NCBI RefSeq assembly: GCF_964204645.1
Contig: NC_134036.1
Location: 9,341,859 to 9,405,858, forward strand
DNA length: 64,000 nucleotides
Source of the DNA: Tubulanus polymorphus
Taxonomy: Eukaryota; Animalia; Nemertea
Reading direction: 5' to 3'
Below the pieces are notes generated by a model. It saw only the letters and a program-made list of their open reading frames with translations. It was not told where the DNA came from and searched no databases. This document shows positions 13,353 to 25,673 of the stretch, piece by piece. Position 1 is the stretch's first letter. The number at the start of each line of letters is the position of its first letter. The position numbers and the translations under genes were made by a program.

Positions 13353-14790
13353 ATATTCCGTTATTCGATTACATACGATTTTTCCAGAATTCTGGAAAAG
13401 CAAGGCAGTACAGATATCGGTCTGTTATTATCAGAAGAGTCATTATTGCCTGCTTTGTAAAGTGGACGTACCCGCACAAACTTCAGTTCACTAGATGATA
13501 TACACTGTTAAAATATTGGCAGCAAAGTTGACAATTACAATGTTGTAAAATGTGCTAAAATACAATCGCAACAATCAATTTACAATACAATTAATGTTGC
13601 GAAAGTACAACAAAAAAATTGACTTTTACAAGCAAAACTGTCATATTCTTATACAAATTTAAACTGTAATTAGCACATTCTACAACATTGTAATTGTCAA
13701 CTTTGCTGCCAATATTTCTTTGTAAAAATACAATAAATGTTTTTAAAGATTATGGGAATAATTTTGCAATACAAGTGATAGAAGATTTGACTATGAAGAC
13801 TTGGAAGATTTCTATAATTGTTACAGATTATTTCCATAATTTCAAAAAACAACAATTTTGTTGAAGTGTAACTCCCAAGTGCTAGAAAAATGGACCACAG
13901 AATACACAAAACCATATCTATCTTATACCAAGTTACTTATTAGTGTGATTGAAATGAACAAAATAAATTCAATATACATATACATGTATACATTAAAATG
14001 CTTTCAATAATGTTTGAAAACAACACAATTTTTAAAAACTTTCAACAAAAGTAGTCTACAATCAAACTACAAAATTGTTCATGTTATTTAAATGTTTCAG
14101 CGTAAGCCTTATGGTCCCAGAACCAGTCACACACTGACTAATCAAACTATCATAACCATACCTGATGGCTCTTGTATTACTAAATAATGCTTTTAAACAA
14201 CACAATGTTCTGGAAATTAATAGCCTCGAAATTTTTGAAAATTTTCAGCAAATGTAGTCTTTTAACAAAATTAGTCTAAAATTAAACTACGAAATAAAAC
14301 CATGTCCTAGTACTTTAGATTCCTACACTAAATGTAACATAATTGTACATGTTATTTAAATGTTTCAGCATAAGCCTTATGGTCCCAGAATCAGTCACAC
14401 ACTGACTAATCAAACTATCATAACCATACCTGATGGCTCTTTATTACTAAATAACAACACAATTGCACTGAAAATGAATAGCCTCCAAACTTTTGAAAAC
14501 TTGCAACAATTGAGTCTTACAAAAACTTTTTTGAAAACTTTTAACAAAATAAACTGTACAATTGCACTGCAGTCCCCACATGAAAAAGTATTTAACTTGA
14601 ACTTTAGGTGTCCCAGGTTAAAGAGAAATGAATTATGATACCTTCAATCTGGAATGAATGAGTCTAGAAAGAATTATTATTAATGAAACCGGGGATAGTG
14701 AAATGTTAGGATACGTTTTTGTGGGACAGGCTGAATGAAACAAAACAATGTCCCGTCTAGAGTCCTACAGTAACATCGTGGTACGTGAAT

Positions 14791-17700
14791 TTAAATATTC
14801 CAATCTGACTCCCTCTCTTTCAACGAGTTGACAAATTTCATTATCTTCGGATTGACACTCCGTTTCTTCGACTTTTCTGGATTTATGTTCAAGATGCACC
14901 TAAAATAAAATTGGACAGCAAGACGAGTAGTTGAGTAGTGAAGATCACAGTCCTAAGAAGCAACAGAGTATTAGGAACATGGTTTCTTTTTCCCGATTTC
15001 TGGGATCTAACACTGTCATCACTAGGACTAACCTGATGATTTTGATTGACAAGACCGTATGTGAAAGACTGCCACCTAGAAGTTTTGGGCACTGCATCTA
15101 ACCTAACGGGCCAAATGATACAACAAGACACCCAGGGCACTCTGGCCAGCCTGTCTTTTTTCGTGGATGCAATGGATATGTGGTTTCTATGACTATTTAT
15201 TACATTATTGTAGGCTTACCTCTGAAGAAATTCCAGGGTGGTTTTTGTATCTTGACTATACTCGATGTTTAAAACGTAGTGAAGAGCGAACCAACATTCC
15301 ACGGCTTCGTTCCAGCTTTTCACTTCGATTCTCATTAAGCAATCAACAGCTATGAGACAAAAATCTGTGTGAAAGAAATCCTCACCTACAAAGAATTTCA
15401 AAACATGTTAGCAGGAGGAATACATTAAAGACAGCAATTGAATCGCTGCTTTTAGCCACCTTAAACAATGTCTTATTAGGGACAAGCCGATTACCCGTCC
15501 AATGGACGGCTTTCTCGCAGCATGGGGCATTGGTCGTGAGCAGTGATTTTTATCTGACATAAATAGTCTTATTTATCCTGAATACAAATATGTCAATACA
15601 GTCAACCCCCAATATACTGCGCCCATGAACGACTGCAGAACGACTTTGGGTGTATAGAGAGTATGGTGGTATATCGGGGGTGTTTTACTATGTATTTGTA
15701 TAGAGATGTACTTTCAGAAAAATCCTGGTGGTAGGTGGGGTGGCGGTATATTGGGGGTTGACTGTAGGCTGATGAGTAATCATCAATCAATAGTTCCAAC
15801 TTTGGCAAAAGGGTGGCGTGAGTGTGAGAAAGAATTAGAGTTATTCTAATTGACACAACTATTGAAATTTTGCTCCCTAACTTACCAATCACACAAATAA
15901 ATGGATACATGGATATACACCGTCTTTCTCAGCAGCGGTCTTGTTCTGAAAAAAGAAAAAAAAATCAATCATATGTCTCTTAACTGCCCGTGGTTAGTGC
16001 CAGAAAGACTTTCAGCATAAACGACGTTTGATAAACCTTTGATACCCCTTTTCAAGATAATGAACATCAAGGGCAATCCATAAACAAATGATGGTAAAAA
16101 ATGTCCCGTAGTCATTATAATGGGGGTATAATGTACAAGCCTATATTTAAAACTATAATAGAGTACTGTCTGTCACGTGAACTTCATTCATTCATGTAGT
16201 CTCAGTCACAACTTGTATGGACTAAACCATTATTGAAAATAGGGTAAACAGGAATGTCATTGACCTACTGTCTGGGTGATTACACTATGCTTTGTAGGGA
16301 AGGTACGTACGTATGGCCTATGTGTTGTTACTACTTCTCTACAACATCAGCGATCATTACATTGAAATAAACTCAAATGAGAACACTAAAACGTCTTTAG
16401 AGAACAAATTATCAATTTCATTTCACAATTCCTCGGAGGAATTTTTCAGATCTGGGGAAAATAGGACCACTTTTAGCTGGGGAAAAATGTCAGTTTAACG
16501 ATAAAAAGACAGCCACGCGGAAACCCTGATAAAGAACATACAGATAGTTAGACGTTAATAAAGTAAGCATCCCTATATATCGCGTAAAAGCATACACGGA
16601 AGCGGTCTGAAATTGACATTCTTGGAAGTACATCACACTGAGTAAAGTATGCAGTCAAAAATGTTTATTAACTTACCTCATAGACTTTGAACGCATTTTC
16701 GCTTTTTTCACCAAACACAGCCATAAGTAGGGGAATAACACCGTGCACTTGTGGTTCGACACATTTCATTTCATTGCACTGTTTTTCGATCACGGCAATC
16801 CAATCCTCCATTGCAGTGGATTTATTAGCGATTGACTTAACAAACGTCCAAATGCGATTAGCTTTGTTCCTGGCATAGAGCGCCTCATTAAATAAGTCCC
16901 TCGAATTGACCTGCATGAGCGTATCAAAATGGTCCATTAAAACTTCATAACGGAAAAGAAATGGGCATTCATCTACAACTGGCACAACCCCGCCCTGATT
17001 ACGGTTGATACATTTCCTTTGCGATGCGTACGTAGCATTCATAGTCTGCCTAATCGTTTGAAGATCAAATGTATCACCTTTTGAATACAGTTCCTTCAAA
17101 AAAGTTTGTTTATCAGCTTGCGATTCCGCGGTCTCGCTCTCTAGTAAACTGCATTCCCAGTTCACACAGCCATACTTATCAGTAGTATTTTTCTTCGATT
17201 TTCTGTTGCCAGCGTTTTCATCCACACTAGCCCCGGACCTATTGCAATTGACTATTCGCCAATGAATAGCCTTTAAAAGAGATTGAGACCCATCTCCCAA
17301 TGGTCTCCCCTGTAAATCCGTATCTTTTAAACACGGATACCGGCGTGTTACAGCTAACGCGATTCTCCTTAACGAAGGAAAGCCATTGTCGATTTTTTTG
17401 TCCATGATTTCGCTCGCGATTATGTTTTTAACAACTTGAATTGAGACGGATTTAATGTTTGATTACTTTCCAACGATTTACTAATATCTGACGGGAATTT
17501 CGGAATCGGCATCCGAAATTCAAATTCTGGCTCAGAATCCATTGACTCAGTGGACGCCAGCGAAAGTGGTATGGTGGATGATGGTGATAACGGCATAGCT
17601 GATCCTGGTGAAAGTAGTAACGTGGATGCTGGCGACAGCGGTACAGTCGAAACTGGTGAAGAGGGACACGCAGCAACCAGCTGTGTTTCTGCAAAGATAA

Positions 17701-18144
17701 AAAATTTATCAGTGTTCTTACACTTCAGGGCAACTGACAAGATAATATTGTCTTCACATATAAGATATACATCGTGGTAGCTTTATGCTCCTGACTGAGC
17801 TATACAGTGTAAGGAGGTCTATTTTTTAATCCCTATTTTCAAAATCTAAGCTAGCAAATTAACTTAAGCACACATCAGGAATACACTCGTAATACCCTGA
17901 AAATTATGTCAAATGGTCCAGAGACCTTCTTTGTACATCCTTAACAGAATGACTTACCTCTTGGTTTAAGAGAATCTAATAACTTTCTGCGTTTGATCAC
18001 ATGTAAACAGCTTATATCCTCTTCCATCAAATATTTCAAATCATCAACATGTTCAACCCCCATGTCAAAAAGGGATTTTATAAATCCATCATCAACAGTC
18101 CCACAAACTTCCTCTATATACGTCCTGATACTTCTATTGTCCAT
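14791..18144 (-). pseudogene. SAMD3-like (SAM-domain) transposon accessory gene, spliced, in-frame TAA at 17420
   Basis: Exon ~18144-17958 is SAM-like (LFDMGVEHVDDLKYLMEEDI..IKRRKLL); exon ~17688-16676 has YGCVNW and TYASQR..PFLF..HF; exon ~15387-15220 has AVECWFALHYVLNIEY..TLEFLQR; last exon reads CILNINP..SDWNI*. GT-AG boundaries are visible. Confidence 0.75.
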
Positions 18145-18336
18145 TGCTGAACCACCTAGCTGCCTGTTATCAAAATATAAAAAAATCTCATTAATCAATT
18201 GTATTCCATTTTAAGCATTATTGTTTGGGCTCATATTATCTAGAGGGGCCTAAATTTAGAATTCTGAAGTACCAGTTAAGTAAAATATTACAAATTAGAC
18301 CAAGCTTATCTATCATCTTTGAAAAAGCCTACCTAT

Positions 18337-20070
18337 TTATTTATAGAATTTAGCATGTTTCAGTGTCAAATATTTGTCCGCATCTATGTAATATGCAACA
18401 AGAGGTTGGTAGTCAGCAATACTGATGATACTTGTACAGGTATATTCAGATGATTCTTCGTTTATTTTGTAAAGTCCTAAGCCTGGCAGGTAAATCCCCT
18501 TGACTTTCCGCAGTAATAAGAATTTCTCATTTTTCTGTGAAATCACAAACTGTATTATCCCGAAATCAGTTTCATCTAACCCAAATTCCAAAACAACAAT
18601 TGCGTCCTGATGGTATGCTGTATTCCGGTAACTAAGTTTCGATGTCACAAAGCAGTTTGACAGTGAAATGTTATTTTTCTCTTTGTCAAGTATAGCACTT
18701 TTGATTTTATCATTGTACATATCCAATACAAGAGGCATACATTTTTCTTCGGATGATTCAGTAGCCATAAATAGAGACCCTTGCAGAAGATATGCTTGTA
18801 ATAATTCATGTCGTTCTGCAAGTGTTTTCGTGATGTTGATGAAATTTTTAACCTGCCTGACAGCATTTTTAAAGTACTTGTGCTTCTGTTCAAATCTCAT
18901 CGCCCACACGCGCATCAAGGGCCCAAAACACCTTATCAAGTATGGGTAATGCCACAAATAGTGATGTTTTGGTCGAAGTGCAGAATCAGGAAATAACTCA
19001 CGGCGGTCTTTCAAATATTCTGCTATCAAACGTTGTAAAGACAACAACATACCATCAGAGATACAAGGTGCACAAACTAACTCAACAATCTTTCTTAATG
19101 ACAGAATTAGCAACCAAACATTATCATTTTTATCTGAAATTTTTTCTCCAATTAGAAAAGGCAGCTTCCTAAGAAAATTCCATGTCTGAACAGCATGACC
19201 TCCTACTTTCAGGTTCTTTGCATCTAAGGTAGCTGGTCGATCGCGACTATCATAAGATTTGAAAGGAAACTTGTTGATTTTTCTATTCAATTGTTCATAA
19301 GTAAACCATTGTTTGGATGTCACAAAATACTTGATACACAGAGCTAGGTCATAGGTTACGACACCCTCAAAGAGGTCATGACCAAGACAAGGTGGTAATC
19401 TAGGGTCACACACATGGAAATCTGGTATACGGTTAAACGTGCTATTATGCTTTATACCCTCATATGAATCTAGATCTTCATCGACTATTTTTCGTACAGC
19501 ATCATCATAGTGATTTGGAGTTCTAAGTGGGGCATCATTTTTGCCATTTTTGAAGTCATCTATTGTTATAAGAAAGTACCTACAAAAGTAGTGTGCACTG
19601 AAACTTTCCAGAAAGCCACTGTTGTATGGCTACCTAGGTTGTCTCCAACTATATTAACAACACAACCAAACACTTTTTAACATTAACAAGCAAGCCATCA
19701 TTTCGGATTTCACATAGATCAGATATCAAGGTTTCAAATATTTTCTCTGAGCCAAATTCTTTCATATCATTCTCAGTGCACAGCAATACAAGTGGCATTT
19801 GCTCAGTTTTGGACCTGTTCCAAGGATGGAAATTAACAAGTGAAAAATAAACACCTAAAAGTTAGTGTTTCTTCTTAGCCGAGCCAAGAGGATTGACCAC
19901 CTCAAAGCCATCCTGGTACAAAATGATTTTGAATGATGGTTCTAACAGCTCTGAATTTTTATACACACTACCATCACAAATATCAGAATAAACACCATTT
20001 TTTCTTTCTTGTAGAGCATTATTAATCTTATCTCTGACTGACTGGTCAGATAAGAGGGCAATTAATTTAA
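18337..20070 (-). pseudogene. EnSpm/CMC transposase, N-terminally deleted, with a stop at 19862 and frameshifts
   Basis: YSDICDGS..LYQDGFEVVNPLGSAKKKH; GDNLGSH..GFLESFS..FCRY; LPPCLGHDLFEGVV; PKHHYLWHYP..FGPL..WAMRFEQKHKYFK. Confidence 0.9.
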
Positions 20071-23000
20071 GGGGGTTGTTCCATAAAAACTCGTTATGGA
20101 CACATGAATTCGTGCCCCTTGCGTCCTGCTTCCAAAGAACCATCAAACGATTTTGTTCGATGCGGTAGGCTCATGATAATGCCTTTTTTCAATGATGATG
20201 ACGATGTTGATGGTAGTGCGCTTAGCAAAGTGTTAACTTTGAGAGGGACTTCAGCTAATCCCGGTTTATCTCAAGTGATCGAAGATGATGTATTGATAAG
20301 AGAATTTGCTGTCTCAATGTTAGGTAGGCTTGGGACAACAGAGGAGCGTCGATTGAAAGATATTACTAATATACGCTCTAAAGTGCGTGTGATCGGAAGA
20401 TTGCTCTTCAAACTTAATGCTGATGCCAACCACGACATGAGCTTTTATGTTAGTGGAACTAATTTCAACAAAGTTGTGAAAGCTGTGAAATCATTGTCCG
20501 AAGAAGCGGATTCACCACAATTGGCTGTCGAACTTGGAAGTTACGTTAAACATCTGATAATTCTCAAAATAAGCTATGGAATCAAGATGAAAAATGAAAC
20601 CATTTAAAATGATGGTAAAGATTTCGAATACTTGTACATAGCTCATTGGAATAATTCGGTGTCATGTGTTACAAATCGGAGAAAAGGGATCAGAAAGATA
20701 AACAAGAAATCAGTCATACCTTTGACGAATGATCTAATCACATTAAAGACCTGGAGTCTCCAGGAAATGGAGCAATGTATGAAAATAAAATCACCTGATT
20801 CCAAACAATGGACATTCATGGCTCAATTAACACTCGTAAGAATAGCCATGTTTAATAAAAGAAGAGTTTCGGAAGTGGCCGAAATTTAAAGACACGAAAT
20901 AAATGAATGTCAGCAGACAGAAAATCGTGAAATTCTCCAGTCGTTAGATAAAGTAGAGCAGGCCCTAGTGAAAAGGTAAGAATTTACCCAGTAAACTCAG
21001 TATTTCAACATGTCAATTTATGTATAATGCACTTTTTCTTCACAATGATCATCATGGTTCATAGATAAGACCCAAAAAACCTACCAATATGCAGTTTTTG
21101 GTTAGATTTTACTGTGAAATGATTTTGAGAGCCAGATTGGACTAATTTAGCTTCATCAGGCTCGTCAACGGTACATAGTCAAATCTAGCTTAGAAAATTT
21201 TTAACCCTTTTGGTACTCATATCCCAGTGGGCTAGTGCATTGATTTTTAGCCCACTTGGGACTTTAGTCCCAGCGGGCTATTGCGTTCACTTTTCGTCCG
21301 TTCGTTCGTTCGTCCGTCCGTAGACGGAATCCAGTTATTTTCGGAAGACGCTTCAAGGTAATGTCTTGATATTTGGTTTATACATGTATCTACCCTAGAT
21401 ACATCTTCAGCCTAAAAACTGGCCCTGTCAGATTCAAGATGGCTGACTGGCAGCCATTGTTGTTCGCCAAAATCAGCACTTTTTACACATTTTTCAAGTT
21501 TTCGAGCGAAATTTTGAAGACGCTTTTATCAATAACCTTGATCATTCGTATATACTTGTATCCCCGAAGGGCCCATCAGCATGAGAAAAATTGGTTTTTG
21601 TATATGGCCGCCAGGGGGCGTGTAAAAGTAGAATAACTTATTATTTCCGTATTATATTATTACCGGTACCTTGGCATATTTTGTTACCATAATCAATTGC
21701 AAAATTGTAGCTCATGACATTTGCTATGATTGTGGTCAGTTTCAAGGTCATTGGTTTCAGTATAAGGTCACCAGGGGGCGTTGAATATTGAAATTGTTAG
21801 ATTGTTGAGCATTTGAAACCACTTTCCAAGTGGGCATGGTGTCCCTGGACCCCTAGTTTGTTTTTTGTCCATTCTACTATAGACAGAAGCCAGTAATACG
21901 ACAATTCGTTGAAAGGTCTTCAAAACCTCCAACTAGTTATTTCAAGTCGGTCAGAATCGAGATCAGCTATTTTACATATTTTTAAAATTTTTCGAGGGTT
22001 ATTTTGAAGACGCTTCAATCATCTTGATCTTTCACATACATTTAGATCCCCCAGGGCCCATTAGATTGAAAAGATTGGGTCGATGGACACGAAAGTGGAG
22101 ACCAATATTTCTATGAATCACGACTAGTGTTACAGTTTTTATCAGTTCAAGATGAACTTTTGTATGGTCTGTATGCCAAAGCTTTAAATAATATTTTCGG
22201 ATTTGACCTCCACGGGGTGCCCTAGGAGATCGAGGCCACATTTCTATGAATCGCTACCAGTCCTACACTTTTTAGCCACATTTTTGAAGTTTTCGAGGGA
22301 AATTTTGAAAATGTTTTCGATGGCTGTGCTTGTATTTCCTTTAAGATACCCTTAGTGATGGGGCCATTAGATAAATAAAAATAATGAAGTTTACAAAACA
22401 CCCCAGCTATATCAGCCGATAGGCTGCTGATTTCTGCTCCCCACCAGTGTATTGAAGTGAATACAAATTTTCCATTAATTGGTACCTAGGCATATTGGGT
22501 AACCACACGGTCAATTGCAAATTTGTAGCTCAACGCTGTTGTCTGTCTATCTTAGGGGCAGGCGTCCATCCATCAGTTGATACAATAGGTTGGATCTTCG
22601 TGATATTTGGTATATACATGTATCCACTATCGAAATTGTCAATAGTCAAGTATTTTGCCAGTTTCTAAGTCAGTCTTCATGCTGTTTATCTAGTTATGAT
22701 GCTGTGTTTCAATTCCTAGGATGAGCCTATTTGAGGTACGTGGAAAGAGCACCCGTGGTCTTAGGAAGGCATTTATTTTAATGACAACTGATATGGTCGA
22801 TTCCATTGAATACCTTTCAAACACCAACAGTAACAAGTTGAATCCTTACTTGTTTGCCCGGTAAGTTTCTCATGGTTTCTAATGGTATAAAACTCAAAAC
22901 AAGTAGTTTTATATTGTTGGTCTCCCACAATGTTTTTTCATTTTGCTTAAATTCCATAAATCTCTACCACATTTTTAATTCATTGTTGTTTATTTGAACG

Positions 23001-25498
23001 AAATAATATTCGATTGTCACTAGATCGTTTTCTTTACGAATATTTTTTTCATAAGTGAATATAATTTTTTTCCGAATGTCTGAAATGCCATATTCTTCAC
23101 ATTGTTATCCATTTATTTTCAATTGTCTATCAAAGGCTTTTTGTGCGTTACAGTATACCTCGCTTTACTCGGACATGGCCAACTTGGACTTTTTACTGAC
23201 TCGGAGAAAAACAAAATCACTGTCTTCTGACTTCCTAACGTATTTTCCTATCCTTATCTCGGATTTTGTTAGTTTGTCCAAGTTAGGTGAGGTTTACTGT
23301 AATACAGGTTACGATTCATGGTATCAGTGATTTTTCCTTTAAAAACTAAACACGTCGCAATTTGTGTTTTAGTCAGAGCAAATCTAGTCGAACGCCTCTC
23401 GATGGCTGTGAGGCATTCAGAGTGGTAACGAATGAATGCCCGAATATTTTGGAGCCAGGGTCTATCAGAACATCTGCTCTACGTCGATATCGGGCCACTA
23501 CTTCACAGGTTAATAGCCATTTCATAAGTTTTTAATTTCTCTGTTTTAATGATTATCAATAATCTAATCATGGTATCCCTTTAATTTTGTTCAGATTCTA
23601 GACATGAAGCCTGAGGAATTGAAAATGCTCTGTGACCATATGGGACACGATGTCAACATACATATAAACCATTATCGTCTTCAGTCATCACTATTGGAGA
23701 AATCAAAAGTAGCTCGGCTACTTATTGCAGTTGAAAATGGCCAAGTAAAGGATTTTAAAGGAAAGAACCTAGATGATATAGAAATCGACAGTAAGTCATT
23801 GTTACTATGTTACTATGTAGTCAATCAGCTATACATGAATCTGCTGTACCTGGCAAATGACTACACACAATAAGATATTAGAAGAATGGGGATAATCTGT
23901 CGCAGACATTGACATCTGCATCAATCTGTGTATAATTTTAAAACTTGCAGTAATGGGCTTTTGGAGACTTCTGGAAGTCCATTATTATACTGAGGGTTTA
24001 ACCGGGCCCTATAAACATTTTTTAGCTCTCGAGGAACGAGAGAGCTATTGCGAGCGTGTCGGCATTGTGTCGCGTATGTTTACCGTGAACCAAAGCACAC
24101 CATTTTTACAGTCATCGAATTAACGAAAGATCCGATAAATGGGGTTAGATACGCTGCAAAAATAGATCCGGCAACTTTGTATTCAATATTTCTAATTATG
24201 AATATGCGCGTTTTTCATACAGTGAAATAAGTATTTTGAATGAAGTAAACTTTATCATAGATTTTCATTGAAGTTGTCGTATTAAAAAGTCTTTGAATGT
24301 GATACACTTTGGTTTGTCGATCTTTTTGAACTTTTTAACCGGCCATATCTCACTCTCAAGTTTTTAAGGTAAAACAAATCGATCTGACGTATTTGTTCCT
24401 GCCTACCACTGTTTGAGGCTCCAGTCTCACCGTAGGGCCCAGGGCACCAGGTGAACAGATCTGCATATTTAAAAAGTAGTAGAATGAATAATGTAATATG
24501 TTTTCATTAATAGGCCCTATTATTAAAAAAACTGGACCTCGAGAGCACAGGACCTTTGGTCCTCTAGTTTGCATGAGCTTGCATGAACCACCCACCCAGT
24601 CGCGTAGTCGTTATTTTACGCCTAAATTTCAGACTGGCGCTCAGTCGGCGCTTTGACCGCTCAGTACTCAGCAACTACACATCAGGTTTCAATAAATAAA
24701 TTATACCTACACTGACCTTGTGCTTTTCAGTGTTTACACTTACAAGACTGTGTTTGAAGTTAAAGTGGCTAAAATTGCCTCCAAAAATATTTCAGTTCCT
24801 CTTTTGTATTACTCAAAAACGCTTCCTCGCGAGACTCACTTGCTTGAAAAAATCAATATCTTCTAAAAAAATCTATACCTTAGCAACCCAAAGCCATGCA
24901 AAGAAATACTCTTGTTTCTCATCAGCCCTTTTTGGAATAGTGACGAGGGCGGCAGGTTTTTATTTTTACAGTGCTCCATACTGACATAGATTGTCTAGAT
25001 ACATGTATTTGTATTTGTATTTGTTTTATTATCATTCTAATTTCCCTTCATTCTAATTTCAGCTCTGCCTTTGCATTCGGCTCAATTTGACGAAGCAGAA
25101 ACATCAGATACAACCTCTGGTAATGTTGAAAAGTTAGTGGATAGTGCAGTGAAACCTGTGTGTGCATCTACATCTACCATTTCTATCACAAATGAACCAA
25201 TAAGAAATGGTAAGTAAAATTAGAACGAACATAATAGAAATAGCTTTGAAATAAATATATTGATCGGGTTCTGGTTTGACTATTTGTTATTTTTTGTTCA
25301 GTTGTCATCAGAAAACGATGGTCAGATGAAGAAAATACAGTATTTTTCAACATTATGAAGGATTACATCGAATCGAAGAAGATGCCTCCCGCATCTAAAA
25401 TCAGGGAAGTTTGCGATAAACTAAAGGGAAGAACAACTGCCCAAATAAGATCACGGGTTCATAATTACATAACAGACAAACAAAAATTTGTAGTTTAG
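20070..25498 (+). pseudogene. Tyrosine recombinase plus C-terminal Myb/SANT-like domain (element A); exons ~20070-20975, 22720-22860, 23373-23508, 23595-23790, 25063-25209, 25302-25498
   Basis: FNKRRVSEV (R), VRGKSTR (K), RTSALRRY (xxxR), DHMGHDVNIHINHY (H, Y), RKRWSDEE..RTTAQIRSRVHN. Splice phases are consistent; TAA at 20605-20607 and a frameshift near 20887. Confidence 0.88.
21244..21858 (+). mobile_element. Helentron-associated non-autonomous element (HINE/DINE-1-like)
   Basis: T-rich start, 5' AGCCCACTTGGGAC..GTCCCAGCGGGCT hairpin, (GTYC)n microsatellite, 3' TGGGCATGGTGTCCCTGGACCCCTAGTT end; several copies in the window. Confidence 0.7.
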
Positions 25499-25673
25499 TG
25501 AAGTGAGTAATTGACATCTATTGTGTTGTACTGGTTTAGATTTTCCAACGAATTGCTATATTAGATCTTTGATCCAGGCAATGAACTACTAAGTACTGTT
25601 AGCTATCATCAGTCTTGATTTTTAGCGACTGCATCTGATGACTATGAATTTTTAATTTGTGTGAATAATCAAT

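Larger units (their letters stand above)
13503..20070 (-). mobile_element. Animal EnSpm/CMC DNA transposon, 5'-truncated (transposase plus SAMD3-like ORF2)
   Basis: CACTG terminus at 13503 after TA; 36-bp subterminal inverted repeat (13511-13546 vs 13681-13716); ~190-bp subterminal direct duplication (~14073-14260 vs ~14340-14520); two co-oriented genes typical of this family. Confidence 0.8.

Noticed and set aside
20104-20146. Functional overlapping antisense genes
   Set aside because: The overlap arises from read-through across a deletion junction.
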